64,000 nucleotides of DNA, taken from the NCBI GenBank assembly GCA_049513975.1, contig JBEKVM010000005.1:6991-70990 (forward strand). Reading direction: 5' to 3'. This stretch comes from Verrucomicrobiota bacterium. GTDB taxonomy: Bacteria; Verrucomicrobiota; Verrucomicrobiia; Limisphaerales; Palsa-1400. Both the position numbers and the translations under genes were made by a program. The notes below the pieces were generated by a model. The model had not been told where the DNA came from, ran no database searches, and saw only the letters and a list, made by a program, of their open reading frames with translations. Numbering within the stretch: position 1 is the stretch's first letter; every line of letters begins with the position of its first letter. Positions 40,352-50,544 of the stretch are shown piece by piece.

Positions 40352-41278
40352 ATGAGAGCCAGCCGGATTGTCTCCTTGCTGCCCAGTTGCACCGAGATCG
40401 TCTGCGCCCTGGGCGGCGCCGACCGCCTCAAGGGCCGCTCCCACCAGTGCGATTTCCCGCCGGAAATCAGCGCCTTGCCCGCTTGCACCTCCTCCCCACT
40501 CCTCCGCCATGCCTCCAGCGCCGAAATTGACCGCGACGTCAAATCCCTCGGCCAGCGCGCCCTGTCCCTTTACGAGATTGACGTGGACCAGCTTCGCAAA
40601 TTGCGCCCCGATCTCATCTTGACACAAGCCCGGTGCGAGGTTTGCGCCGTCAGCCTTTCCGGCCTGGAACAGGCGCTGGCCCAGGCCCACGCCCCCGGCT
40701 TTCGCCCCAAAATCATGGCCCTTTCCCCCGTCCGCCTGGCCGATCTCTGGCAGGACATTCAAACTGTGGCCGACGCGCTGGGCCTGGCGGAACCAGGCCG
40801 CCAATTGCTCGCCGCCCTGAAGGAACGCGTCGTGGATGTCATCCAAAAAACTTGCCTGCTCCAGCGCCGTCCCGCCGTCGCCTGCCTGGATTGGCTTGAC
40901 CCGCTCATGGCCTCCGGCCTTTGGGTTCCCGAACTGGTTCAATTCGCCGGTGGCCGCAACCTCTTTGCCCAGCCCGGCCAGCCCTCCTCCTGGCTGGAAT
41001 GGGATGCCTTGCGCCAGGGCGACCCGGACCTCATCGTCCTCATGCCCTGCGGATTCGATCTGGACCGCACCCGCCGCGAAGCCGCCGCCTTGCAATCCAA
41101 GCCCGAATGGAAAACCCTGCGCGCCGTCAAGACCGGCCGGGTTTTTTTGGTGGACGGCAACTCCTATTTCAACCGGCCCGGCCCGCGCCTGGTGGATTCG
41201 TTGGAAATCCTGGCCCAAATCCTCCAGCCCGCCCTCTTCCCTTCTAACCCCGCCGGCAAAGCCTGGGAGAAATTCTGA
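40352..41278 (+). CDS. BtuF/Fe-siderophore-type substrate-binding-fold protein without a signal peptide
   Basis: RIVSLLPSCTEIVCALG, LRPDLILTQ, AVKTGRV, FNRPGPRLVDSLE. Confidence 0.85.
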   Translation: MRASRIVSLLPSCTEIVCALGGADRLKGRSHQCDFPPEISALPACTSSPLLRHASSAEIDRDVKSLGQRALSLYEIDVDQLRKLRPDLILTQARCEVCAVSLSGLEQALAQAHAPGFRPKIMALSPVRLADLWQDIQTVADALGLAEPGRQLLAALKERVVDVIQKTCLLQRRPAVACLDWLDPLMASGLWVPELVQFAGGRNLFAQPGQPSSWLEWDALRQGDPDLIVLMPCGFDLDRTRREAAALQSKPEWKTLRAVKTGRVFLVDGNSYFNRPGPRLVDSLEILAQILQPALFPSNPAGKAWEKF

Positions 41279-41285
41279 ACTCCCT

Positions 41286-42605
41286 CTACGGCGGGTTGCC
41301 CACCGCCTTGTTCAACCCGTACTGCGCTTTGTTGTGTTCAGCGACGGCGGTAACATAGTCTGAATGCGCCTGGGTCAAAGCCTGCTGTGCCTGGATGTCT
41401 TCCAGCACGATGCCCACCCCGTATTGCTTGCGTTCGTGCGTCAAGCGGAAGGCCTCATTGGCCGTGGCCAGGTTCCGCTGGGCCAGGGTGATTTGATCGG
41501 ATAAGGACTGCATCCGCGTGGCTGCGGCGACGACTTGGGAAATGACGGCATCCTTGAGCTTGCTTTGACCCAATTGCGCGGCCGTCAGGCGGGCCTGGCT
41601 GGCTTTGGCGCGTCCAGAATCAAACAAGCCGCCGGGACCGATGCGCCAGCTCAAGCCGAGCAGATAATCTTCCGAGTGGCCGAAGTTGTCCGGTCCGCCT
41701 TCGTAACCACCGCCGAAGCCGCCGGCAAAGACTTGCGCGCCCAGCGACGGAACCAGCGGCCCGTAAACCGCCCCGTTCTTGGCATCGCGCGCCGCTGTAA
41801 TCAGAGCCTGGCCGGCTTTCAACTCGGGGCGCGAATTCAAGGCTTGTTCCACCAGCGAGTCCAGGGCCGCATTGGTGGGAAAAAGCAGGAGCGGCACCAG
41901 GTCCTGGTCATGCGGAACCAAATCCACGGTGGAGTCCAGATGCAGAATCCTCGCCAGGTTGACCGCCGCGACGCGCTGCTGTTCGAGCGTTTGCCGCAAC
42001 GAGATTTGGTAGCTTTCAGTCTGCGTTTGCACCCGCAGTTCGTCGCCTTTGAACGCGATCCCGGCCCCGACCGCCTGGTGCAACTCTTGCTGGTAGTCCC
42101 GCGAAATGCTCACCGCCTCTTGGATCACATCCGCCAGGGCCTTGGCTTTCACCAAATCAAAATAGGCCTGGGCCGCGCCCAACGCCGCGTCCTCCCGTTG
42201 CGCTTCCAGAGATTGATCCGACGCCGTGACCATTTGTTTGGCCGCCAGCGCCTGGTAAATGGAGTCGCCCAGAACCACCTGGGCCGCCACCGTGCCGCCG
42301 GGCGCATAGGATTGGAAATGAGTGTCCGAAACTGTGCCCGCAGGCACCGCTTGAGCCATGCCATCCCGCTGGTGGTAAGTCAGGCCCGGCGTGAGCGACG
42401 GCAGGAACTGTTCCAGCGCGCTTTGGCGGTTGGCTTGCGCTTCCTTCAGACCTTCACGCGCAATTTGAACGTCCAGATTGCGGGCGCCCGCCAGACGAAG
42501 CACGGTCGGCAGATCAATCGGGCTGCCGGTGACATTGGTGGTTTGCGCGCGCGCGACACACACGCACAGCGTCAGGACGCCGATCACGGTATTCGAAACG
42601 CTCAT
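41286..42605 (-). CDS. TolC-family outer membrane efflux protein
   Basis: Signal peptide; AQAYFDL, ALNSRPEL, YGVG..LE repeats; coupled to the MFP gene. Confidence 0.9.
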   Translation of the reverse strand: MSVSNTVIGVLTLCVCVARAQTTNVTGSPIDLPTVLRLAGARNLDVQIAREGLKEAQANRQSALEQFLPSLTPGLTYHQRDGMAQAVPAGTVSDTHFQSYAPGGTVAAQVVLGDSIYQALAAKQMVTASDQSLEAQREDAALGAAQAYFDLVKAKALADVIQEAVSISRDYQQELHQAVGAGIAFKGDELRVQTQTESYQISLRQTLEQQRVAAVNLARILHLDSTVDLVPHDQDLVPLLLFPTNAALDSLVEQALNSRPELKAGQALITAARDAKNGAVYGPLVPSLGAQVFAGGFGGGYEGGPDNFGHSEDYLLGLSWRIGPGGLFDSGRAKASQARLTAAQLGQSKLKDAVISQVVAAATRMQSLSDQITLAQRNLATANEAFRLTHERKQYGVGIVLEDIQAQQALTQAHSDYVTAVAEHNKAQYGLNKAVGNPP

Positions 42606-43699
42606 TTCGCCTCCACTGGATTGACCGCCTGGCCGTCGTTGAGTGTCTGTTTGCCAACCAGGATCACCGGCTGGCCAAGCTTCACGCCGTCGGTGATTTC
42701 AACATTCACCCCGTCGTTAAAAGCAGTCCGAACCGGGGTTTTTTTGGCCTTGCCATCGGCCACCACAAAGACGGACGCGCCCGCTTTTTCCACTAGGAGC
42801 GCCTGCACCGGCACCAGCAGGGCATCCTTCTTGCGTTCCACCTCCAGTTGCACGCTGGCATACATGCCGGGCCGCAGCTCACCGGTCGGGTTGGGCATTT
42901 CCATTTCCGTGAGCATCGTCTTGGTCGCCTCGTCCAGCGCGTTGGCATAACGGGTCACCGAACCGTTGAAACTTTTCCCGGGCAGTTCCTCGACCGTGGC
43001 CTGCGCCGGCACGCCGTTGGTGATGAATGGCACTTCCGCTTCGGGCACGAACACCTGGATGCGCACACGCCTGAAATCCATCAACGTCACCACGGCGGCG
43101 CTTTGCGCGGACGCCCCGGACGTGGCGGCGGGAATGAACGCGCCGGGATCCACGTATCGCGCCGTGACCACGCCGCTAAACGGCGCGGCCAGCCGGGCGT
43201 ACCGCAGCAGTGTCCGGGTCCGCTGCAGTTTGGCCTGCGCGACTTCCCAGACGCCGCGCAAGTCGTCCACGGTTTGCGGCACCACCAGATCCGGCGCCTT
43301 TTCCCGCGCCTCGGCCATGCGCTGGTAGTTGGTGCGCGACACCTCCGTCTCGGCCTGGTATTGAATCTCGTCGGCCAGCAATTCCGGCACTTCGATCTCC
43401 CCAAGCAACTGGCCTGCCTGGACCGCGTCGCCCTTGTCCACCGTCAGCGTTTTCAAATAGCCGGGAACCTTCGCGTAAATCGTGGCGGCCTGATACGCCA
43501 GGATGCGGAAAGTGGGCAGCGTGATGCTGCGGGCAATTTCACCGCGCCGGGGAAGAACAGTCTGCACCGTCATGGGTGGCGCTGCTTCAGCAGGCGCTTG
43601 GGCTTTGGGAGGCCCGCAACCGCAAAGCGCGGCAACTCCGGCGATGCCGGCGAGGGCCGTGCAGAAACAAGGGATTTTGGCTTGCATAAGTTTTGGCAT
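42602..43699 (-). CDS. RND efflux periplasmic adaptor (MFP)
   Basis: AKVPGYL, VDKGDAVQAGQLL, APFSGVVTAR, LRPGMYA. Confidence 0.92.
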   Translation of the reverse strand: MPKLMQAKIPCFCTALAGIAGVAALCGCGPPKAQAPAEAAPPMTVQTVLPRRGEIARSITLPTFRILAYQAATIYAKVPGYLKTLTVDKGDAVQAGQLLGEIEVPELLADEIQYQAETEVSRTNYQRMAEAREKAPDLVVPQTVDDLRGVWEVAQAKLQRTRTLLRYARLAAPFSGVVTARYVDPGAFIPAATSGASAQSAAVVTLMDFRRVRIQVFVPEAEVPFITNGVPAQATVEELPGKSFNGSVTRYANALDEATKTMLTEMEMPNPTGELRPGMYASVQLEVERKKDALLVPVQALLVEKAGASVFVVADGKAKKTPVRTAFNDGVNVEITDGVKLGQPVILVGKQTLNDGQAVNPVEAK

Positions 43700-43709
43700 G
43701 GATTGGGTT

Positions 43710-46700
43710 CTAAGCGGTCTTGATCGCCGGATTAGGAACCTCATCCGGGTGGAGTGACGCCGTGCGTCGGTGAGCACGGCCTTGCACGAGCGCGAATAGG
43801 GCCGGCAGCGCCAGCAGCGTGGCCAGGGTGGCGACCGCCAATCCACCGACCACCGCCCGGCCCAGCGGGGCCGTTTGCTCGCCGCCTTCACCCAAGCCCA
43901 GGGCCATCGGCACCATCCCGGCGATCATCGCCAGGCTCGTCATTAGTATCGGTCGCAGACGGCTGCGCGCTCCTTCCACGGCCGCATCCGCCGCGCTGGC
44001 GCCCGTCAGCCGGCTGCGTTCAGCAAAAGTCACCAGCAGGATGGCATTCGCCACCGCGACCCCAACCGCCATGATTGCGCCCATGAACGACTGGATGTTG
44101 AGCGTCGTTCCCGTCAGCCTCAGCATGAGCACCACCCCGGCGATCACGGCCGGCGTGGTGGAGACAACCAGAAACGACAGCTTGAGGGATTGGAAATTGG
44201 CCGACAGCAGCAGGAAGATCACCACGACCGCCAGCAGCAACCCGCTGCGCAGGCCGTCCAACATCTGTTGGAGCGGGACGCTCTGGCCGCGCACGGTGAG
44301 CGTTATGCCGGGCGGCGGCTGACCCAGTGCCTGGAGCGCCGTGCTCACTTGCTGGGCCACGCTGCCCAGGTCCGCCCCCGATACGTTCGCCGTCACCGTC
44401 ACCATCCGCTGCATATTGTACCGTTCGTATTGTCCTACGGCCGCGCCTTCCGTTACGCTGGCGACATTACGCAGCAGCAGACTCTGCCCGCCGTGGTCCT
44501 TCACCGGGACGTTTCTCGCCTGCTCCAACGAGTCCATCCGCGCCTGCGGCACCTGCACTTGAAGCTGGTAGGCCACCCCGCTGTTCGGGTCAGCCCAGTA
44601 GTTGGGCACCACAAACCGGCTGGACGACGAAGCCGTCACCAGCGCGCGCGACACGTCGGCCATCGTCACCCCCATCACCCCGGCCTTCTCCCGATCCACC
44701 TTCACGTCCACCGTCGGATAATCCAGCGCCTGCCCAAATTGCAGGTCCCGCAGGGAGTCAATTCCTTGCAGCGTTTCTTTGACCTTTTCCGCGAAGGCCC
44801 GGTCCGCCGTCAAGTTTTGACCGCTGATGGCTACCTCGATCGGCGTGGGGGAACCCAGGCTCATCACCCGGCTTACGATGTCGCTGGGTTCAAAGGAGAA
44901 GCTGACCCCGGGCATCTTCTCGGCAAAGACTTTTCGCAGCCGCTCCTTTAGGGGCTCAATTCGCACCGTCGTGCCGGCCTTCAACTGCACCTGGAGCACG
45001 CCCTCTTCCGGACCGCCGTTCCAGAGATAAATGAAATTGATGGGGTAAGCGGCACCATGGACGCCCAGGAAACCCAGCGTAATCTGGACATTCTCCGGGC
45101 CAACCTCCTGCTTGATCAGATCCAGCGCTTGCAGCGCAATGGCTTCCGTGCCGTCAATCTGAGTGCCGGTCGGCCCGCGCAGCCGCAGTTGAATCTGACC
45201 GGCATCCACTTTGGGAAAAATCTCCGTGCCCAGCCGCCGGCCCGCCAACCAAACCACCACTGCGGCCGACACCAGGTAAACGCCCGCTACAACCCAGCGC
45301 GCGCCCACCAGCTTCCGCGCCAGGGCGGCATATCGCCCTTGCCATCGTGCCAGACGGCTCTCCGCCCCAGGGTGGCCGGTCGCCGCTATTTCGTGTCCGC
45401 GCAGAAACCAGACCGACAGGATCGGCACCAGCGTGCTCGACAACAGATAAGACGTCACCATGGCGAAACCGACGGCCAGCGACAGCGGGAGGAACATCGC
45501 CTTGGCCGCGCCTACCATGAAGAGCGTCGGACTGAAGATCGCCAGGATGCACAGCATCGCCAGCAACCGCGGCCCCGTCGTCTCGGTCGTGGCCTCCAGC
45601 GCCGCCCGGGCAATCGTCCGGCCTCGCATCAGATGCGTATGGATATTCTCGATGCTCACAGTCGCCTCGTCCACCAGGATGCCCACGGCCAATGCCAGGC
45701 CGCCCAGCGTCATAATGTTGACCGTCTGCCCGGTCAGCCAGAGCGCCAGCACGGAGCCCATCAACGAAATTGGAATATTGACGACCACGATCAAGGCGCT
45801 CCGCCAGTCCCGCAGAAACAGCAGCACCATCAGGCCCGTCAGGACCGCCCCCAAGGCCCCTTCCAGCGTCAGCCCGCCAATCGCCCGCGTCACGTAAGGG
45901 GATTGGTCAAACTCATAGCTGACTTTCACGTCGGCCGGCAGCACGCTCTGGAACTTCGCCAGGTTCGCCTTGACCAGTTGGACCACCGAGAGGGTGGATG
46001 CGGTCGAGCGCTTGGTGACCGGGACATAGACCGTGCGATGGCCGTTGACCAGCGCGTAACTCGTCACTATGTCCGAGCCATCCACCACTTGTCCCACATC
46101 TCGCAGGAAGACGGTGGGAAAGGTCCCGGTTCGGATGGGCACCGCCTCCAAGTCCTTTATGTTGCGGGCCACGGAGTTCAGGGGCACCATCGGATATTTC
46201 CCATTGATGGGCATGTTCCCCGAGGGGCTGATCAGGTTGGCCGCGCTCATGGCCGCGACCACTTCATCGGGCGACATATTGTAAGCGCGCAGCCGTTCGG
46301 GCTTGAGGTTGACCACGATGCTCCGGGCGCTGCCCCCGAAGGGGGGAGGGGCCGATACGCCCGGCAATGTGGCAAACAAGGGCCGGACCCGGTTTAAAGC
46401 CAGATCCTGCATCTCCCCCACCGTCCGGGTCGCGCTTGAAAAAACCAAGTCCCCCACGGGCACGCTCCCCGAGTCAAACCGCATGACAAACGGCGGCACC
46501 GTCCCCGGCGGCATGAAGGCCCGCGCCCGGTTCACGTAGGCCACCGTCTCCGACATCGCCTGCGACATGTCCGTGCCGGGATGAAACTGCAGCTTCAGGA
46601 TCGCCGCACCCTGGATGGATTTGGACTCCACATGCTCGATCCCCGTGATGTAAAGGAAATGATACTCGTAATAATAGGTCAGGTACCCCTCCATCTGCGC

Positions 46701-46868
46701 CGGGTCCATCCCCCCATACGGCTGCGCCACGTAGATCGTCGGGATGCCCAGCGTCGGGAAAATGTCCCGCGGCATCCGCTGCCACGCCAGCGCCGACCCC
46801 AGCGCCACCGCCACCACCGCCACCAGGATGGTGAACGGACGGCGCAATGCTTGGGCCACCAGATTCAT
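43710..46868 (-). CDS. RND efflux permease (AcrB/CusA-like)
   Basis: 1052 aa; [41 protein letters not shown]. Confidence 0.95.
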   Translation of the reverse strand: MNLVAQALRRPFTILVAVVAVALGSALAWQRMPRDIFPTLGIPTIYVAQPYGGMDPAQMEGYLTYYYEYHFLYITGIEHVESKSIQGAAILKLQFHPGTDMSQAMSETVAYVNRARAFMPPGTVPPFVMRFDSGSVPVGDLVFSSATRTVGEMQDLALNRVRPLFATLPGVSAPPPFGGSARSIVVNLKPERLRAYNMSPDEVVAAMSAANLISPSGNMPINGKYPMVPLNSVARNIKDLEAVPIRTGTFPTVFLRDVGQVVDGSDIVTSYALVNGHRTVYVPVTKRSTASTLSVVQLVKANLAKFQSVLPADVKVSYEFDQSPYVTRAIGGLTLEGALGAVLTGLMVLLFLRDWRSALIVVVNIPISLMGSVLALWLTGQTVNIMTLGGLALAVGILVDEATVSIENIHTHLMRGRTIARAALEATTETTGPRLLAMLCILAIFSPTLFMVGAAKAMFLPLSLAVGFAMVTSYLLSSTLVPILSVWFLRGHEIAATGHPGAESRLARWQGRYAALARKLVGARWVVAGVYLVSAAVVVWLAGRRLGTEIFPKVDAGQIQLRLRGPTGTQIDGTEAIALQALDLIKQEVGPENVQITLGFLGVHGAAYPINFIYLWNGGPEEGVLQVQLKAGTTVRIEPLKERLRKVFAEKMPGVSFSFEPSDIVSRVMSLGSPTPIEVAISGQNLTADRAFAEKVKETLQGIDSLRDLQFGQALDYPTVDVKVDREKAGVMGVTMADVSRALVTASSSSRFVVPNYWADPNSGVAYQLQVQVPQARMDSLEQARNVPVKDHGGQSLLLRNVASVTEGAAVGQYERYNMQRMVTVTANVSGADLGSVAQQVSTALQALGQPPPGITLTVRGQSVPLQQMLDGLRSGLLLAVVVIFLLLSANFQSLKLSFLVVSTTPAVIAGVVLMLRLTGTTLNIQSFMGAIMAVGVAVANAILLVTFAERSRLTGASAADAAVEGARSRLRPILMTSLAMIAGMVPMALGLGEGGEQTAPLGRAVVGGLAVATLATLLALPALFALVQGRAHRRTASLHPDEVPNPAIKTA

Positions 46869-46880
46869 GCGGTCTTCAAG

Positions 46881-46930
46881 TTACGATTTCCGATGTCGGA
46901 AACCATAATAGGCTTGCATCCTCCTGTCAA
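46881..46930 (-). promoter_or_regulatory. sigma70 promoter of the RND operon with overlapping palindromic operator
   Basis: Minus strand TTGACA(46930-46925)-17 bp-TATGGT(46907-46902); palindrome TTTCCGA-TG-TCGGAAA at 46887-46902. Confidence 0.7.
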
Positions 46931-47110
46931 CCGCTTATTATCTGGTCAAGTAACGTCCCGGTCTTGGGTGGTAGGGCGCGCACTCCGTGCGCGCCGCGGT
47001 GGGGTGTAGCGTCGGCGCTGCGCGCCGATCCTTCTGGTCCGCCTAAAACTGGCCGGTGGCAAGGTCAGGCCGCTTTATGAGACCGCAAATCCCATGACGC
47101 CGTCACGAAC

Positions 47111-47455
47111 ATGAAAGAAGCCGAACGCGAGATTCTTCTGAGCTTTTGGAAGGTGCATATTTTGCACCATGCCGCCGAGGCGGCCATCCACGGCCAATGG
47201 ATGCTCAACGAGCTGCGCCATCACGGCTACGAAATCAGTCCCGGCACCCTTTACCCCATCCTCCATCGCATGGCGCGGCGCGGCTGGCTGAAAGTCTCCA
47301 GCGATCCCAAAGCCGGCCCCCGCGCCCGCAAAGACTACGTCCTGACCCGCAAGGGCGGGAAGGTCCTCCACCTCGTGCGCCAAAGCCTCGCCGAACTCCA
47401 CCGCGAAGTCGCCGCCCCCAAACCCAAACACCATCCCAACCACTCCCCTTCGTGA
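47111..47455 (+). CDS. PadR-family transcriptional regulator
   Basis: HGQWMLNEL, ISPGTLYPILHRM, RKDYVLTRKG; divergent from the RND operon. Confidence 0.92.
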   Translation: MKEAEREILLSFWKVHILHHAAEAAIHGQWMLNELRHHGYEISPGTLYPILHRMARRGWLKVSSDPKAGPRARKDYVLTRKGGKVLHLVRQSLAELHREVAAPKPKHHPNHSPS

Positions 47456-47744
47456 TGGGGCAGAAACGGCCGAGACTCCCTGTCCGCTATCTTCTCCGCC
47501 ATGGTTTTAACGACGGCGCAAGGCTCGGCGACGGCGGACGTCGAACCCAAACTTGGTTTTGATCCTGCGCCCAAGCCCGCTTTCCGCCCGTGTCCGATTC
47601 ATGTCGCGGCGGCGCTTTAGCGCCGGTTAAGGCGTCAAACAAAACCAGGCAAGTCCCGCAGGGACGAAAGAAGATGCACTGTATCCGACTGGCCAAATAC
47701 GCAGTTGATTGGCACGGGATCCGCAGTTCGTTGCACGCCTCGGG

Positions 47745-48209
47745 TTAAAGCTCCCTTTCATAATCCTGAACCTGCTTGAACCATCGCGCGGAGAGTGCCT
47801 CAACAACGGGATTGAGGTTGGATTTCCTGTTGGCGTAGAAAGTTGTGTATTCATCGTGATCCGCGTATATCACGAACGGCTTAGGCGTGGGAACAAATAT
47901 GAAATCAATCCAATCGCCCAAAGCTGCCTCAAGAAGTTCCGCTGCCTCATCGCGCCCGCTGGCTGAAAGTGACCAGTCACGGCCAAACTGGGCCGGAAGC
48001 GAGTGCTTGGCCAGCAATGCGCTCAAATGCTTGGGATCGAACACAACCTGATCGATGGTTGCACATCCGGCTTAGAGCAACTCGTGAGCGGAAAAAATCG
48101 AGGCCACAAAGGCCTGCAAGTCCTTCAGAGGCGTCAGGAAGGTCTTCTGAAACCGCCATGGCGTTCTGCGGAAGCGCTTCAGTGAGCCTGGGGCATCGGA
48201 GACTGTCAT
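47745..48209 (-). pseudogene. Hypothetical protein gene interrupted by one in-frame TAA
   Basis: MTVSDAPGSLKRFRRTPWRFQKTF...HELL*AGCATIDQVVFDPKH...YADHDEYTTF; stop at 48074-48072, codon 46 of 155. Confidence 0.6.
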
Positions 48210-48267
48210 ATCTAAACATTATTCAACTCACCAGCCGGGATAAGGCAAGAGAAAAAGAAAAAACGCT

Positions 48268-48295
48268 TTGACAATTACTGAGCAAATGGTAATCT
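48268..48295 (+). promoter_or_regulatory. Putative sigma70 promoter
   Basis: TTGACA-16 bp-TAATCT with an extended TG. Confidence 0.5.
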
Positions 48296-48980
48296 TCCAT
48301 AGTTATGAGCGGCCAGGCAACAAAGTCAGATGGCGGGGGTGGAACCCGCGTTCCGATCCGCGTCTATCGGCGTCCATGCGGGGTTCTCTTCTGCCTGCTC
48401 TTTTGCAGCTGCGGGCCTCGTCGGAATCCAACCCCTCGCCTCTGGCCATTCCATACATTATCAATTCACTTATGATTATGGTTTCCCCACGACAACCATG
48501 CCTTTTCCTGCGCATTTTGAGCCTTTTCGTGGCAAATAATCTCAAATGCCTTTCCATAAATGACTTATACAAGGCGATGGGGTTTTCCAATCAAGGCCAA
48601 TCAAGGCTGATCGTGTCTAATCAAGGTGTTTTTCTTGAACCAGAGCACCTGCCAATCCAACACTCCAATACATTACCATTCCACTCATGTATCCGCTTTT
48701 CGCGGCCCTGAACCGGCCCAAATTGTGAGCTAATATGTCACCATGCGCATCTCTGTTTTTAGCCGGTTTCCAGGCGGGGACGCCGCGTGGCGGCCTCCTG
48801 GTCGCCGCAACGCGCCGCCCCGGCCAAAAATTGAGATGCGCCCGAAACTTGACCGCCAGACGGCTGGCCCTTAACTTGGAATTGGAGCGCAAGGAAGGCT
48901 GGGCGGGCGCTGCGCTTGCCCGCCGCGGCCCGCACGGAGTGCGCGCCCTGCCTCACAAGGCCGAGGTGTTGGACCAATAA

Positions 48981-50537
48981 ATGAAAACGCCGGATTTTGT
49001 TCGACTTGGTTTCCGCCGCGCCCTGCGGCGGCGGGCGGCCTGGTTCCTGGGCTTGCTCCTGGGCGGCGCGTTTCTTTCGCAGGCGGGCGAAAATGATTGG
49101 TTCGTTCCGCTGGGTCCGCCGCCCGAGGCGGCCAAACGCCGGATTTCCGGCGGCGAATCCTTTCCTCCCCTGCCGCTGCCCGCCACGCCGTTGCGGCGCA
49201 CCGAACGCAAGCGCGAGCCGAGCGCGCCCAAGCTGGCCGCCAAAATCGTCTGGGGCGAAGACGCCTCCTTCACTTATGGCTCCGGCGCGCAAACGCGGAT
49301 CGCGGATTGGAACCTGTGTCCGGGAGACCTGCAGCAACTGATGCGCGCGGCCAGCGAGCGCCTGGGCGTCACTTATGGCGCCGACAGTTTCAGCCTGGCC
49401 ACCTTCGACGGCGATCCGGCCAAGGTTCCGATCCTCTTTTTCAGCGGGGTGCGCACCATCAAGTTTTCTCCGTCCGAATTGGAATTGCTCCGGCGCTACG
49501 TGCTGCGCGGCGGGATGATCGTGGCGGACAACATCGCGGGCGGCCCTTTTTTTTACCAATCCTTCCGCGAAGCGATGGAGAAGACCTTCCCTGAGTTGAG
49601 TTTTCGCGTCCTCCCGGAAGACCATCCGCTCTATCACATCATGGGGGATGTCAATCAAGTCAGCTACCCCAAGAACCTCAAGTCCCATCAGCCGTTGCTG
49701 GAAGGCATGTATGTCTATTCCCGCGTCGGCGTTCTGCTCTCCAAGTACGGCCTGGGCTGCGGCTGGGATGGCCACGAAGTGCCGCTGCTGCAACAGGCGA
49801 TCTACTACGACGTCGGTTCCGCCAACAAGATTGGCGTCAACATTGCCGCTTATGCGGTCGGCTATGCGCGCATTGGCCGGGCCGAGGCCAAGCCCGAACT
49901 CTACGGCGCCCTGGACGAGAAGCATCCGACCGATGAGTTTGTTTTCGCGCAGATCAAACACGAAGGGGCCTGGAACGTCGAATCCGGCGGGGCCAGCCGC
50001 CTGTTGCAGGAACTGCGCAAGACCACCTCGGCCAAAGTGAGCCTCAAGCGGGTGCCGGTGCAGCCCGGGCATGATGATTTGTCCTCCTTCACTTTTCTCT
50101 ATCTGTCCGGTCTGGATGACTTTCATTGGGATGCAACCGCGGTCTCCGCGCTGAAACGGTTTTTGGATGCCGGCGGGACGCTGCTCATCAATAACGGTCT
50201 GGGACTGCAAACGTTCGACGCCGCCGTGCGGCGCGAGTTGAAGAAGCTGCTGCCCGGCGCCACCCTGGCTCCGCTGCCGCCGTCTCATCCGGTGTTCAAC
50301 GCGGTGTTCAAACTGACCGGCGCCGCCTACACTCCGGCGGCCGCGGCGGCCCGGCCCGGCTTGACGGCGCCTTATCTGGAAGGCATCTCGCTGCGCGGCG
50401 ACCTCAAAGTGATTTACAGCCCGATAGATTTGGAAACGGGCTGGCAGGGCTTGAATCCACCCCTGGCGCGGGCTTATCAGCCGGAGGGCGCCCTCAAGCT
50501 CGGTGTCAACATAATCATGTATGCGATGACGCACTGA
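48981..50537 (+). CDS. Exported protein with tandem DUF4159-like domains
   Basis: Two repeats of P.L...G...LRRY/LKRF..GG....H P.Y/F...LEG...GVNI..YA; signal peptide. Confidence 0.8.
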   Translation: MKTPDFVRLGFRRALRRRAAWFLGLLLGGAFLSQAGENDWFVPLGPPPEAAKRRISGGESFPPLPLPATPLRRTERKREPSAPKLAAKIVWGEDASFTYGSGAQTRIADWNLCPGDLQQLMRAASERLGVTYGADSFSLATFDGDPAKVPILFFSGVRTIKFSPSELELLRRYVLRGGMIVADNIAGGPFFYQSFREAMEKTFPELSFRVLPEDHPLYHIMGDVNQVSYPKNLKSHQPLLEGMYVYSRVGVLLSKYGLGCGWDGHEVPLLQQAIYYDVGSANKIGVNIAAYAVGYARIGRAEAKPELYGALDEKHPTDEFVFAQIKHEGAWNVESGGASRLLQELRKTTSAKVSLKRVPVQPGHDDLSSFTFLYLSGLDDFHWDATAVSALKRFLDAGGTLLINNGLGLQTFDAAVRRELKKLLPGATLAPLPPSHPVFNAVFKLTGAAYTPAAAAARPGLTAPYLEGISLRGDLKVIYSPIDLETGWQGLNPPLARAYQPEGALKLGVNIIMYAMTH

Positions 50538-50544
50538 GCTTTCC

